A DNA stretch of 64,000 nucleotides from a virus (taxonomy: Duplodnaviria; Caudoviricetes): IMG/VR virus record IMGVR_UViG_2862465376_000001, positions 92,950-156,949 of that record; one strand, 5' to 3'. The notes beneath the pieces are model-generated. The model saw nothing but the letters and a program-made list of their open reading frames with translations. It was not told where the DNA came from and did no database searches. Position 1 is the first letter of the stretch. Every line of letters starts with the position of its first letter. Below are positions 1-10,328 of the stretch, one piece after another. The translations under genes and the position numbers were made by a program.

Positions 1-267
1 CAGGAGCGCTTCGCCATGCAGCCCGAGGACACCCTGTGCTGGGACGGCAATCGTGTCTGGCTGCACTCCTCTCACCGTCAAGAGGTAGAGACCTGCGAAG
101 CCAAGGAGGCACGTATGCTCAAGAAGTTCGGCACCGGAACGATCACTGAAGCCACGGGCGGCACCGAGGAAGGGCTGACATCCCGCATCGGGAGCGCGCT
201 CACCCCCGAGGAGTGGGCGTCCGTGCTCATCGAGGCCGAGGAGACGGACAGCGAGGAGGAGTAGAGG

Positions 268-1014
268 ATGCCGGGACTGCAGCTCGTCGGCCGTCCCGAA
301 CGCGCGATCCTCTCCATCAGTACCGCCCTCGTACCGGCCCCGCCCCGACCGGCGCCCGTCGTCCACGACGTCAACGGCTACTACGCCCGGCTCGGCGTGC
401 CACCGACCGCGACCAAGCGGGAGATCCGCGAGGCGTACCAGGCCCGGGACGGCCAGAGCAGCGCCGAGCTGACCCGGATCTTCAAGACGCTCATCAACGC
501 CGACCGGCGGGCCGCATACGACGCCAAGCAACCCGGCACGACCCACTTCGACGCCTCCACCGTCGAGACGATCATGCGCTCCGCCGCCCTGCAGGCCGCC
601 CGCCAGAACGCCGAATACGGCACCGAGACCACGGCCAGAGACATTCTTTCAACTCTCACGGACGCCACCGGAAAACCGCTCCTCGAATTTCTTGCCTCCG
701 ACCCGGCGGACGGCTTTCATGATGACGAGACGAGGGACCGCCAACCCTCATCCAGCCCCCCGGACACCTGGGCTTACTCCTACCTTCTCCTGGGCTCTAC
801 CTGCGACGACGTCGCCAGGCTCGCCCAGTGGCAGGAAGGACTCGCCCAGGCCCTGCGCGGACGGGAAATCAGCGGATTCACCGTTGGATTCCACGCCGCC
901 GGGGACGCGCCGTTCCTTGTGGCGAAAGACCTCGGAACCCCCGTTTTCTTTCTCCACGAAGACCAGCCGGTGACCGAGGAGCTGATCGCGGCAGCCGCCA
1001 CTGCCGCTGGCTGA
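268..1014 (+). CDS. J-domain (DnaJ-like) protein, HPD motif absent
   Basis: YYARLGVPPTATKREIREAY...LINADRRAAYD matches J-domain helices; RBS AGAGG. Confidence 0.65.
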   Translation: MPGLQLVGRPERAILSISTALVPAPPRPAPVVHDVNGYYARLGVPPTATKREIREAYQARDGQSSAELTRIFKTLINADRRAAYDAKQPGTTHFDASTVETIMRSAALQAARQNAEYGTETTARDILSTLTDATGKPLLEFLASDPADGFHDDETRDRQPSSSPPDTWAYSYLLLGSTCDDVARLAQWQEGLAQALRGREISGFTVGFHAAGDAPFLVAKDLGTPVFFLHEDQPVTEELIAAAATAAG

Positions 1015-1050
1015 CACCCATCAGCATCATCAAGATCATCAGGAGCCATC

Positions 1051-2028
1051 GTGACCGCCAACACGAGCCCCGCCATCAACTTCCGCCGAGGCGGATCCGC
1101 CGCAGCCCAGGCCGAGAAGGAAGACAACGTCTCCTCCTCCGGCCGCCGTGGCCCGGACTTCTTCGGCATCAAGGAGGACGGCGAGTCGCTCGTCGTGCGC
1201 CTCCTGACCGACCACGACGAGTGGATCTGGGTCAAGCAGCACTCCTTCGTCCCGACCAAGCCGGGCCCCAAGGACGCCGAGAAGTGGCCCGAGGCCATGA
1301 CCAGCGTCTGCCGCTACGACGAAGCGTTCGGCGGTCACTACAAGGACTGCTACATCTGCGACGCCAAGATCAAGAGCAAGTGGGGCAAGCTCGCCTCCTC
1401 CCGCGTCCGCGTCTGGGCCCTCGTCGTCGAGCGCGAACTGGTGCGCGGCGACGGCAGCGAGGCCCTCGGCGGCCCCGCCAAGCAGGGCGTCGTCATCGGC
1501 GTCCGCGACAAGATCGACGAGATCGATGAACTGGACGCCGACGGCAAGCCCACCGGCGTCAAGCTGAACTACCCCCGCATCCTGGTCATCAACCAGCCGA
1601 TGAAGGGCTTCTTCAGCCACCTCAAGGCCATCCACGGCCTCAACGGCACCGTCGTCGACAGGGACTTCCAGATCACCCGCGACGGCAAGGGCACCGACAC
1701 CGAGTACAAGTTCGCCGCGATCGACCCGATCCGTGACCCGGCCACCCAGCAGAACCTCATCGCCCCCGGCACCCCCGCCTGGGACAAGTACCTCCAGGCC
1801 GTCGCCGAGCGCGAGATCAGCCTGGACTCCATCGTCGCCGACAAGGCCAGCGACGCGTACTACGCGAGGTTCTTCGACCCGTCCAAGACGGTCGACAAGG
1901 AAGGCAACGTCGTCGCCGTCGCCGGGGGCGCCGTGGGCATGATCAACGTTCAGAGCACCGACGGCCCGGCCGACATCTCGGACGACCTGCGCGCGAAGAT
2001 CGCCAACCTCGGCGCGCCCTCCGCCTGA
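1051..2028 (+). CDS. Putative phage ssDNA-binding protein (gp32-like)
   Basis: FFGIKEDGESLVVRLL, CxxC, DFQITRDGKGTDTEYKF; acidic tail; directly upstream of dnaE. Confidence 0.55.
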   Translation: MTANTSPAINFRRGGSAAAQAEKEDNVSSSGRRGPDFFGIKEDGESLVVRLLTDHDEWIWVKQHSFVPTKPGPKDAEKWPEAMTSVCRYDEAFGGHYKDCYICDAKIKSKWGKLASSRVRVWALVVERELVRGDGSEALGGPAKQGVVIGVRDKIDEIDELDADGKPTGVKLNYPRILVINQPMKGFFSHLKAIHGLNGTVVDRDFQITRDGKGTDTEYKFAAIDPIRDPATQQNLIAPGTPAWDKYLQAVAEREISLDSIVADKASDAYYARFFDPSKTVDKEGNVVAVAGGAVGMINVQSTDGPADISDDLRAKIANLGAPSA

Positions 2029-2164
2029 TCCAGGCGCACACACGCCGGTCCGCCCCGGGTGGCCGTCAGATACGGCCCCCAGTCGCTCCGCCAAGCGGCT
2101 GGATTGTTCGCCCGGGGCGGCCCGGACCACCTTTCGCCACCCTTCACGCGCAAGGACCACCACC

Positions 2165-5100
2165 GTGCTGCGCCTCATTACCTCCTACGCACCCGCCGAC
2201 GCTCCTTATGTGCAGGTCGGCGACCTTCGCACCACTGCACCGGCCCTCGTCGAGCATGACGGAGACGGCACCCGCTGGTTCCTGACGCCAGCAACGAACC
2301 CACTCGGCGCGAGGCTTCCGCTCTGGAACCGGGCTGAGCGCGATGGAGCGGCAGGCATCCTCATCCACCTGGTCAACGGCGTGCTGGCCGTCCCCGCGCA
2401 CCTTGTCGAGGAGCACAGCGGAGCCCAGCCCGGACAGATCCTCGACCTCAGCAACGTGCCCACTGCCGCCTTCGAGGACGCGCCGACCTACCACGAGGTC
2501 CTGGACCAGCTCGAAGCCGCCCAGGACCCGCCCAAGACGTCCTCCGGGTTCGTGCACCTCCACACGCACAGCGAGTACAGCCCGCTCGACGGCCTGTCCC
2601 GCATGGACGAGATCCTCCGCGAGGTCACCCGCCACGGCCAGACCGCCGTCGCCATCACCGACCACGGCACCTGCGCCGGGCACCCCGAGCTGCAGCGCGC
2701 GGCCGACAAGGCCGGGGTCAAGCCGGTCTTCGGCATCGAGGCGTACCTGTGCGACGACCGCGTCATCCGCGCCGAGAAGGGCGACAAGGAGTTGCAGGAC
2801 AAGCTCCGCAACGACTACTGGCACGTCTGCCTCTTCGCCGAGAACGAGACCGGCCTGCGCAACATCTGGGCCGCCAGCACCGAGTCCTTCCGCGACGGCT
2901 TCTACTTCCGGCCCCGCATGGACTGGGACACCCTCGGCCGCTTCAGCGAGGGCGTCATTGCCTCCACCGGCTGCCTGCGCGGCCCCGTCGCCGTCGCCAT
3001 CAAGACCGGAGACATGGAGCTGGCCCGCCAGCGCCTGACCCGGCTCATGGACCTCTACCCGGGCCGCCTGTACGTCGAGCTGCAGCCCAACGACATGCCC
3101 GACCAGGTCAACCTCAACCAGGCCCTCGTCTCCCTGGCCGCCGAGTTCGGCCTGCCGCTGCTGGCCACCGTCGACAGCCACTTCCCGACCGCCGACGACG
3201 CCCACGCCCACGACGTCTGGATCGCCTGCCAGACCAACAAGGACGTCCAGGACGAAGGCGACCTCTTCGCCGAGGACCTGAACCTCTACGTCATGGGCGA
3301 GGCCGAGGTCCGCGCCGGACTCGCCTACCTCGGCGAGCGCGTCGTCGAGGAGGCCATCGCCAACACCACGGCGCTGGCCGACCGCTGCAACGCCCGCATC
3401 GAAGGCGACACGACCACGCCCTCCTTCACCGGCGACCCGGCCGAGGACGAACGACGGCTGAACGCCCTGTGCATCGCCAACTGGGACCGGCTGCCCGCCA
3501 GCGCCCAGGTCGGCGCATCCGGCTCACAGCGCATCTACCGCGACCGCTACATGCGGGAGATGGACCTGCTGGTCGAGAAGGGCTTCTGCGGCTACTACCT
3601 CATGGTCGCAGACTACGTCGGCTGGGCGAAGGACCACGGCATCCTCGTCGGCCCCGGCCGGGGGAGCGGCGGCGGCTCGCTGGTTGCCTACCTCGCCCGC
3701 ATCACCTCGCTCGACCCGGTCCGCCACGACCTGCTCTTCGAGCGGTTCCTGACCCGGGGCCGCGCGGGCCTGCCGGACTTCGACGTGGACTTCCCCGCCT
3801 CGAAGAAGGCCGAGATCCTCGGCTACCTCCGCGAGCGCTGGGGCGAGAAGCAGGTCGTCTCCATCGGCTCCGAGCTGCGCCTGAAGAACAAGGCGGTCAT
3901 CAACGAGCTGGTCCGCGCGCTCGCCTCCCAGCTCCCCGAGGGCGCCGCCGCCGACCTCCGCCAGGTCTCCACCCTCATCGACGAGGCCGAAGCCGGGACC
4001 GCCGGACTCGGCATGTCCTGGGAGGACCTCTGGGCCCAGCACGCCGACCAGCTCCAGCCGTTCGCCGACCGCTACCCCGAGCTGTTCGCCATGGCCGAGC
4101 GCCTGGTCGGCCGCCTGAAGTCCTACGGCCGCCACGCCGCCGGAGTCGTCATCTCCACCGGCGCCCCGCTCACCGACTGGCTGCCGATGCGCACCATCGA
4201 CGGCGAAGAGCAGATGGTGACCCAGTGGGCCATGGGCGACGTCGAGGCCATCGGCCTGGTCAAGTTCGACATCCTCACCCTGCGCACCCTCGACACCATC
4301 CAGCAGACCCTCGACCTGGTCCGTGACCAGCGCCACTACGAGATCGACCTGGAGGCCTTCGAGGCCGAGTTCGAGGACCCGCTGGTCTGGGACGAGCTGC
4401 AGGGCGCCCACACCCTCGGCGTCTTCCAGGTCGAGACCCACTCCGGGACCCGCCTGTGCGAGCGCATGCGCCCAGGCAACGTCGCCGAGCTGGCCGACAT
4501 GGTCACCATCGTCCGCCCCGGCCCCATGAACTCGGGCCTGACCGACGCCTACCTCCGCCGCCGCGCGGGCGAGCAGGCCGTCTCCTTCCCCGACGAGCGC
4601 CTGCGCCGCGTTCTGGAGCCCACCTGGGGCGCCATGATCTACCAGGAGCAGGTCATGGCCGTCACCCGGCTCCTGGCCGGGTACGACGAGTCCGAGGCCG
4701 ACTACGTCCGCCGCATCCTCGGCAAGAAGAAGGTCTCCGCGATCGCCGAGGCCGGGCAGACGTTCCTGGAGCGAGTCGACATGCCGCAGGAGGCTGCCGA
4801 GCGTCTGTGGAACCAGATGGCCGAGTTCTCCAAGTACGGCTTCAACAAGTCCCACGCCTACGCGTACGCGTTCCTCGCGTACTGGACCGCGTTCCTGAAG
4901 GTCAATTACCCGCGAGAGTTCCTCGTCGCCGCCATGAGCACCGTCGACAAGGACCGCGTCCCCGAGTTCGTCAAGGAGGCCCGGCGCCTCGACGTGGACG
5001 TCCTCCCACCGGACATCAACCGGTCCGGCGCGGGCTTCCGCCCCGACCCCGACGCCTACGCGGTCCGCTACGGTCTCGATTCGGTAAAGGGCGTGGGGTC

Positions 5101-5857
5101 GGCCGCCGTCGCCGACCTACAAGCGGGCCAGCCGTATACAACCTGGGACGACTTCACCGAGCGCAAGGGCCCCAAGGCCAACGCAGGAGTCGTCGCCCTC
5201 CTCGCCCGCGTCGGCGCCTTCGACACCCTCGTCGACAACCGGCGCGGTCTGGAAGCCAAGCTGCTCGCCGCCAAGACCGGCGACGACGCCCAGTGCGTCC
5301 ACAAGAGGATAGAGACGGCCCCAGGCGCACTGCAGATCCAGAACGTCTGGTGCACCTTCGACTGGGCCAGCGAGCCCGCGCCGATCAACTCGCGCACCGG
5401 CAAGCTGCTCAAGCGCAAGCCGCTGCCCAAGCGCTGCACCAAGGCATGCCGCCAGTACACCGCACCGCCGCCGATGGAGATCCACAGCATCGATCCGTAC
5501 ACGCCGGTCGACGTACGGACCATCGAGCACGAGATGCTCGGCACCTACCTCTCCAGCACCCCGTTCGACGACCTCGGCGAGCAGGACCGCGCCACCCTCC
5601 GCGCGCAGGCCGAGCTGCTGGCCACCGGCCCGAACGGCACCTACTACGTCGCCGCGATCGTCGCCGGAGCCCGGCCGCACCGGTCCGGGGAGATGGGCTT
5701 CCTGACCCTGGAGACCGAGGTCTCCACTCTCCGCGCCGCCGTGTTCCGCGACGCCTGGACCGTCGAGCAGCGCCGCTTCACCAAGGGCGCCCTGTGCCTG
5801 GCCGAACTCCGCAAAACCGACCGGGGCCTGAGCCTCGTCACCTACCAGCCCCTCTGA
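2165..5857 (+). CDS. dnaE: DNA polymerase III alpha subunit
   Basis: PHP motif FVHLHTHSEYSPLDG; GPGRGSGGGSLVAY; PDFDVDF; KFDILTL; YGFNKSHA. Confidence 0.97.
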   Translation: MLRLITSYAPADAPYVQVGDLRTTAPALVEHDGDGTRWFLTPATNPLGARLPLWNRAERDGAAGILIHLVNGVLAVPAHLVEEHSGAQPGQILDLSNVPTAAFEDAPTYHEVLDQLEAAQDPPKTSSGFVHLHTHSEYSPLDGLSRMDEILREVTRHGQTAVAITDHGTCAGHPELQRAADKAGVKPVFGIEAYLCDDRVIRAEKGDKELQDKLRNDYWHVCLFAENETGLRNIWAASTESFRDGFYFRPRMDWDTLGRFSEGVIASTGCLRGPVAVAIKTGDMELARQRLTRLMDLYPGRLYVELQPNDMPDQVNLNQALVSLAAEFGLPLLATVDSHFPTADDAHAHDVWIACQTNKDVQDEGDLFAEDLNLYVMGEAEVRAGLAYLGERVVEEAIANTTALADRCNARIEGDTTTPSFTGDPAEDERRLNALCIANWDRLPASAQVGASGSQRIYRDRYMREMDLLVEKGFCGYYLMVADYVGWAKDHGILVGPGRGSGGGSLVAYLARITSLDPVRHDLLFERFLTRGRAGLPDFDVDFPASKKAEILGYLRERWGEKQVVSIGSELRLKNKAVINELVRALASQLPEGAAADLRQVSTLIDEAEAGTAGLGMSWEDLWAQHADQLQPFADRYPELFAMAERLVGRLKSYGRHAAGVVISTGAPLTDWLPMRTIDGEEQMVTQWAMGDVEAIGLVKFDILTLRTLDTIQQTLDLVRDQRHYEIDLEAFEAEFEDPLVWDELQGAHTLGVFQVETHSGTRLCERMRPGNVAELADMVTIVRPGPMNSGLTDAYLRRRAGEQAVSFPDERLRRVLEPTWGAMIYQEQVMAVTRLLAGYDESEADYVRRILGKKKVSAIAEAGQTFLERVDMPQEAAERLWNQMAEFSKYGFNKSHAYAYAFLAYWTAFLKVNYPREFLVAAMSTVDKDRVPEFVKEARRLDVDVLPPDINRSGAGFRPDPDAYAVRYGLDSVKGVGSAAVADLQAGQPYTTWDDFTERKGPKANAGVVALLARVGAFDTLVDNRRGLEAKLLAAKTGDDAQCVHKRIETAPGALQIQNVWCTFDWASEPAPINSRTGKLLKRKPLPKRCTKACRQYTAPPPMEIHSIDPYTPVDVRTIEHEMLGTYLSSTPFDDLGEQDRATLRAQAELLATGPNGTYYVAAIVAGARPHRSGEMGFLTLETEVSTLRAAVFRDAWTVEQRRFTKGALCLAELRKTDRGLSLVTYQPL

Positions 5858-5868
5858 GGAGCCCCTTC

Positions 5869-6306
5869 GTGGACAGATCCGACCGCAACCTCCTGATCAA
5901 GATCGTCGCCTTGGCATCCTGCGCTGCTGCCGTCATCGCCGTCGTGGCCTTCGGCATCAAGTGGGCCACGGCCGACCTGCGCGGCGCCGCCGACGCCCGG
6001 GAGAAGACCGTCGCCAACGGCGACTTCCGCATCGGCACCTACGAGCAGTTCTTCGACCTCTGCTCCTCCGTCCAGTCCGCCGAGGCCGCCATCAAGAACG
6101 CCGAGACCGAGCTGGCCACCAAGCCCCCGGCCGACCGCGCGGAGAAGCTCCAGCAGGTCATCACCGCCCAGCGCAACGTCCGGGCGGACTCCATCACCAC
6201 CTACAACTCCAAGGCCGCCCAGAACCACCGCCAGGCCTTCCAGGACACCGACCTCCCCTACACCCTCGACCTGAACACCCAGGAGACCCAGTGCGCAGCC
6301 GCCTGA
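5869..6306 (+). CDS. Membrane-anchored hypothetical protein
   Basis: GAGGAG RBS, GTG start, N-terminal TM helix. Confidence 0.65.
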   Translation: MDRSDRNLLIKIVALASCAAAVIAVVAFGIKWATADLRGAADAREKTVANGDFRIGTYEQFFDLCSSVQSAEAAIKNAETELATKPPADRAEKLQQVITAQRNVRADSITTYNSKAAQNHRQAFQDTDLPYTLDLNTQETQCAAA

Positions 6307-6869
6307 CCCACCGCATCCTCGCCGCCCTCGCGGTCGTCTTCCTCGCCGTCGGCCTCACCGCCTGCGAAGAGGAGTCCAAGCCCTCCTCGCGGTCCAAGGA
6401 GAACAAGGCCCGCAACAGCAACTACGACGAGCTGGTCGCCAAGCAGCCCGCCGCGAAGCTCGACTACTCGCCGACCCGCGAGACGAAGAACTTCTGGATC
6501 AAGACCTGGGGCAAGCAGGCCAACAAGCTGTCCTACGTCTACATCCAGAACGCCAACGGCCAGTACGGCTACTACGTCCTCAAGGGCCTGCCCGTCACCT
6601 ACTGCGTCAGCCTTCTCCCGCCGGAGACCAAGACGCGCGGCGACCTCGGCCAGTACGACGGCGACCTGGTCGTCCAGGGCCCCTCCATGGACGGCACCTA
6701 CTCCAGCCAGTCCAACTGCACCTCGTACTACGGCCAGGACGCCGAGAGCGGCGCCTACGTCGAGTGGAGCGTCGGCGCGAACCAGTCGTACTTCCTCTAC
6801 TCCGAGCCGATGGACCTGCCGCAGTTCAAGGACGCCGTCCCCCTCGGCAAGACCAAGATCAAGAACTAG
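6291..6869 (+). CDS. Putative lipoprotein
   Basis: Signal peptide with lipobox LTAC. Confidence 0.7.
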   Translation: MRSRLTHRILAALAVVFLAVGLTACEEESKPSSRSKENKARNSNYDELVAKQPAAKLDYSPTRETKNFWIKTWGKQANKLSYVYIQNANGQYGYYVLKGLPVTYCVSLLPPETKTRGDLGQYDGDLVVQGPSMDGTYSSQSNCTSYYGQDAESGAYVEWSVGANQSYFLYSEPMDLPQFKDAVPLGKTKIKN

Positions 6870-6891
6870 CTCGCCCTCTGGAGGCGCCGCC

Positions 6892-7359
6892 ATGGCCCGA
6901 CTGATCAAGAACACCCGCACCGAAGCCCAGCACGACTGGCCCGACGACGTCTTCATCCAGGGCGGCGAACGCGGCGTCGTGGTCGGCGGGCCGGGCGGCG
7001 CCTACCAGACTGCCTTCTTCGAGGCGTTCCCCGGAGGCACCTTCCTGCGCGGCGAGGGCAAGACCCTCGCCGAGGCCGAGGAGAAGTGCTGGAAGCAGTA
7101 CCAGACCTTCACGGCCTGCGACGGCACCGGCGAGCCCCACGGCCCCTTCGAGCGCCGCCAGTACCGCAACGGCGCCGGATTCTGCACCCGCTGCGGCACC
7201 TGGATGAGCAAGGTCTTCGAGCCGCTCCCCGAGGACCCCGACCGCAAGCGCAGCCTCGCGGAACGGGTCTTCGTCGACCAGGACTCCGAGGCCATCATCG
7301 AGGCCCTCGACACCGTCGCCAACGCCGCCTCCCTGCCCCACGCCCCCAGCGGCGAGTAA
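6892..7359 (+). CDS. Hypothetical protein
   Basis: GGAGG RBS, strong GC3 bias. Confidence 0.65.
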   Translation: MARLIKNTRTEAQHDWPDDVFIQGGERGVVVGGPGGAYQTAFFEAFPGGTFLRGEGKTLAEAEEKCWKQYQTFTACDGTGEPHGPFERRQYRNGAGFCTRCGTWMSKVFEPLPEDPDRKRSLAERVFVDQDSEAIIEALDTVANAASLPHAPSGE

Positions 7360-7376
7360 CCCCCGAAGGAGCCGTC

Positions 7377-7991
7377 ATGCCCAGCTTCATCCCCTCCATC
7401 CGCCACCCGTACTGGGGGCTCCTCGGCGTCAAGGCCCACGAGAGCCGCACCCGCCTCGGCATCTCCCAGGCCAAGGTCGCCCTGCAGGTCGGCCTCTCCG
7501 TCCGCGAGTACGCCGCCCTGGAGTCCGGCTTCATCCCGCCCGACGTCGCCGAAGCCCTCGGCCGCCTCGAACTCCTGCAGCTCGACTACGCCCTCGACTG
7601 GAGCGAGGGCACCTCACAGGAGACCGTCGCCCAATCCATCAAGGTCATGTCAGCCCCCACCTGGAACCCCTCCACCGAAGGCTTCACCCCGGACCGCTCC
7701 GAGTACAGCCAGGGCGCATGGGTCCGACTCGGCAAGGCCATCCAGAACGGCCGCCTCGCTCTGAAGATGACCCGCAACGTCTTCGCCTACGCCATCAAGT
7801 CCACCAGCAAGACCGTCATGCGCCTGGAGGAGGGCCGCGTCTACGGCGACCCCCGCACCGCACCGCCCGGCGACTACAACTCCGAGAAGTACATGCTCAA
7901 GCGCCTCCCGCTCATCGAGATGGCCCTGGAGTGGGACGCCGGACAAGCCCGCATCATCCTCGACGGCACCACTGTCAGTCGCACGGCGTAA
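7377..7991 (+). CDS. Tandem XRE-type HTH protein
   Basis: RTRLGISQAKVALQVGLSVREYAALESG plus a second HTH RLALKMTRNVFAYAIKSTSKTVMRLEEG. Confidence 0.7.
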   Translation: MPSFIPSIRHPYWGLLGVKAHESRTRLGISQAKVALQVGLSVREYAALESGFIPPDVAEALGRLELLQLDYALDWSEGTSQETVAQSIKVMSAPTWNPSTEGFTPDRSEYSQGAWVRLGKAIQNGRLALKMTRNVFAYAIKSTSKTVMRLEEGRVYGDPRTAPPGDYNSEKYMLKRLPLIEMALEWDAGQARIILDGTTVSRTA

Positions 7992-7994
7992 GCT
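7973..7994 (+). promoter_or_regulatory. RecA-NDp/PafBC-type DNA-damage promoter motif
   Basis: TGTCAG-N10-TAAGCT upstream of the operon containing recA. Confidence 0.6.
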
Positions 7995-8065
7995 CAATTC
8001 AGCCAACCGCCATTGGCCAACAGCTGACCGCCACAGCTGCCACTCCTACCGCCAAGGAGCCCTAC

Positions 8066-8272
8066 ATGCCCGACCCATCAGTACCCTCCCCCGACGTTGC
8101 TGCCGCCGACGTGGCTCAGCTCCAGCGCGCCGCCGACGCCGAACTCATCGACGGCTACCGGCAGGCGGTGCGATTCCTCGCCAGGGTCGAAGAGGTCAGC
8201 AACATCAACGTCAACGACGCCTACGACGGCCTCGCCAGCGCATTCGCGCGGGCCATCACCGCCATCGGCTGA
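8066..8272 (+). CDS. Small hypothetical protein
   Basis: AAGGAG RBS, ATG at 8066. Confidence 0.55.
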   Translation: MPDPSVPSPDVAAADVAQLQRAADAELIDGYRQAVRFLARVEEVSNINVNDAYDGLASAFARAITAIG

Positions 8273-8302
8273 CCAGCCTCTCCTCCCGCCAAGGAGCCCC
8301 GC

Positions 8303-9430
8303 ATGCCGCCCAAGTCCCGCCTCGCCAAGCTGCGCGCCGACCTCACCAAGGTCTACGGCGACCGCGTCACCCGACGCGACACCATGACCCGCCCCGACTT
8401 CATCTCCAGCGGATCCCTCACCCTCGACTACGCCCTCGGCGGCGGCTTCGCCCTCAAGCGCACCCACGAGATCGTCGGCCCCGAGGGCATGGGCAAGACC
8501 ACCCAGACGATCCTCGCCATGGTCGACGCCCAGAAGAAGTTCCCCGACCGGGGCGTCGCCGTCATCGACATGGAGCAGTCCTTCGACTTCGACTGGGCCG
8601 CCAGCCTCGGCCTCGACCTCGACGAGGACCGCTTCATCCACGTCTACCCGGACCACTCCGAGGACGTCTCCGACCAGATCACCATGCTGCTGCGCGACGG
8701 AGCGATCTGCCTCGTCACCGTCGACTCCGTCGGCGGCATGGAGTCCAAGGCCGCCTTCGAGAAGCGCGCCGAGGACTCCGCCATGGGCAAGAACTCCCAG
8801 GTCATCTCCCGCATGGTCAAGCGCGTCGCGGGCCTGTGCCGCGAGCAGAACGCGGCCGTGATCTTCGTGAACCAGTACCGCGCCGACATCGGCAACCCGC
8901 GCGGCGGCCAGAAGTCCGCCGGACCCTCGGCCCTGAAGTACAACACCACCACCAAGATCAAGATGAGCCGCACCGGCGAGCCCACGAAGAAGGTCTCCAT
9001 CTCGGACGCCGTCTCCAAGGCCCCCGCCGAGCTGGAGGTCGGCCGCCAGATCCGGGCCAGGGTCGAACGGAACAAGCTCGCCCCCCAGGGCCGCGTCGCC
9101 GACTACTGGTTCTTCAACAAGGCCAGCAGCAAGTACGGCCCCGTCGGCATCGACCGCGCCGACGAGGCCATCACCCTCGGCATCGCCACCGGCGCCATCA
9201 AGCGCCTGTCCACCGTCTCCTACGAGATGCCCGACGGCACCACCGTCAAGGGCGGACGCCCCGGCGTCGAGGCCGCCATCGCCGAGCGGCCCGAGCTGGT
9301 CGAGCAGGTCCGCCTCAAGGCCCTGGAGGCCATCTCGGCCGACATCAAGGACGACCACGAGGTCACCTACGACGACGCCCCCGACGGCGTCAACACCACC
9401 ACCGGCGAGATCACGGAGGCCGCAGCATGA
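8303..9430 (+). CDS. recA: RecA-family recombinase (phage type)
   Basis: ISSGSLTLDYALGGG; Walker A GPEGMGKTT; VTVDSV; IFVNQYR; ALKY; RNKLAP. Confidence 0.93.
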   Translation: MPPKSRLAKLRADLTKVYGDRVTRRDTMTRPDFISSGSLTLDYALGGGFALKRTHEIVGPEGMGKTTQTILAMVDAQKKFPDRGVAVIDMEQSFDFDWAASLGLDLDEDRFIHVYPDHSEDVSDQITMLLRDGAICLVTVDSVGGMESKAAFEKRAEDSAMGKNSQVISRMVKRVAGLCREQNAAVIFVNQYRADIGNPRGGQKSAGPSALKYNTTTKIKMSRTGEPTKKVSISDAVSKAPAELEVGRQIRARVERNKLAPQGRVADYWFFNKASSKYGPVGIDRADEAITLGIATGAIKRLSTVSYEMPDGTTVKGGRPGVEAAIAERPELVEQVRLKALEAISADIKDDHEVTYDDAPDGVNTTTGEITEAAA

Positions 9431-9861
9431 AGAACACCCTGAAGCGCGCGTGGGCCGCCACCGGCACCGAGACCTTCTTCTACGCCAGCGGAGCGATCAT
9501 CCTGTTCGTCCTCGCCGCCGCCTGGTACGAGCTGCACGACGAATTCGACATCGCCGCCGCCGCCGACACGGAAGGGTTCCGCCTCGCAACCCTGCTCATC
9601 GCGACCGCCCTGGGACTCGGCGTCGTGGCCGGGGGCATCGTCTGGCGCATCGTGTCCCGCTACCTCCCCGAAGCCCCCCAGGCGAAGGAACCCCTTCCGA
9701 TCGACCCCACCTTCCCGCCCTCCCGCATGGTGTACCTCCGAGGAGAGGACGAGCGGGAGAACTGCGTCTGCCACGACAGGCCGATCGAGGACGGCACGGA
9801 GATCTGGTACTGGCACCAGCCCGCCAAGCTCGTCTGCGCCGAGGAATACAACGCCGGATGA
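9427..9861 (+). CDS. Membrane protein
   Basis: Two hydrophobic helices; ATGA overlap with recA. Confidence 0.6.
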   Translation: MKNTLKRAWAATGTETFFYASGAIILFVLAAAWYELHDEFDIAAAADTEGFRLATLLIATALGLGVVAGGIVWRIVSRYLPEAPQAKEPLPIDPTFPPSRMVYLRGEDERENCVCHDRPIEDGTEIWYWHQPAKLVCAEEYNAG

Positions 9862-10316
9862 GCACCGACAAGGGCCTCAACAAGCGCATGGGCGACGCCC
9901 ATGAGGCGTACGTCGCCAGCGTCCTCGGCCAGCGCCAGACGCGCGGCAGTGGCAACCAGTGGCGCGATCAGATGGACTCCAAGCACGACCGCACCGAGTG
10001 TGTCTTCGCCTTCGCCAACGACGGCAAGTCCACCCTCGGCAAGTCCGTCTCCATCACCCGCGCCATGTGGGCCAAGGCCGTCGAACAGGCCGGGGGAGAG
10101 CGGCCCATGCTCACCCTCCGGTTCTACGCCGACGCCTCCCTGAAGGTCGACACCGACCTCGCCGCCTGCGACCTCCTCGACTTCGCCGAGATGCGTGAGG
10201 ACGCCGAACGCTGGCACAAGGCCAAGCCCGTCCTCGAAGCGCTCATCGAGCGCAGCCCCCGCTGCATCCCCGTCCTCGTGGAGCTGGCGCGGCACCTCAT
10301 CAACGACCATCAGTGA
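9858..10316 (+). CDS. PD-(D/E)XK nuclease, Holliday junction resolvase-like
   Basis: G..HE...GSGN...D...DGKST pattern typical of phage Hjc-like resolvases. Confidence 0.55.
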   Translation: MSTDKGLNKRMGDAHEAYVASVLGQRQTRGSGNQWRDQMDSKHDRTECVFAFANDGKSTLGKSVSITRAMWAKAVEQAGGERPMLTLRFYADASLKVDTDLAACDLLDFAEMREDAERWHKAKPVLEALIERSPRCIPVLVELARHLINDHQ

Positions 10317-10328
10317 AGTGAGCCCCCC

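Noticed and set aside
2165-5857. Intein in DnaE
   Set aside because: No splice-junction or LAGLIDADG motifs; length fits an uninterrupted enzyme.
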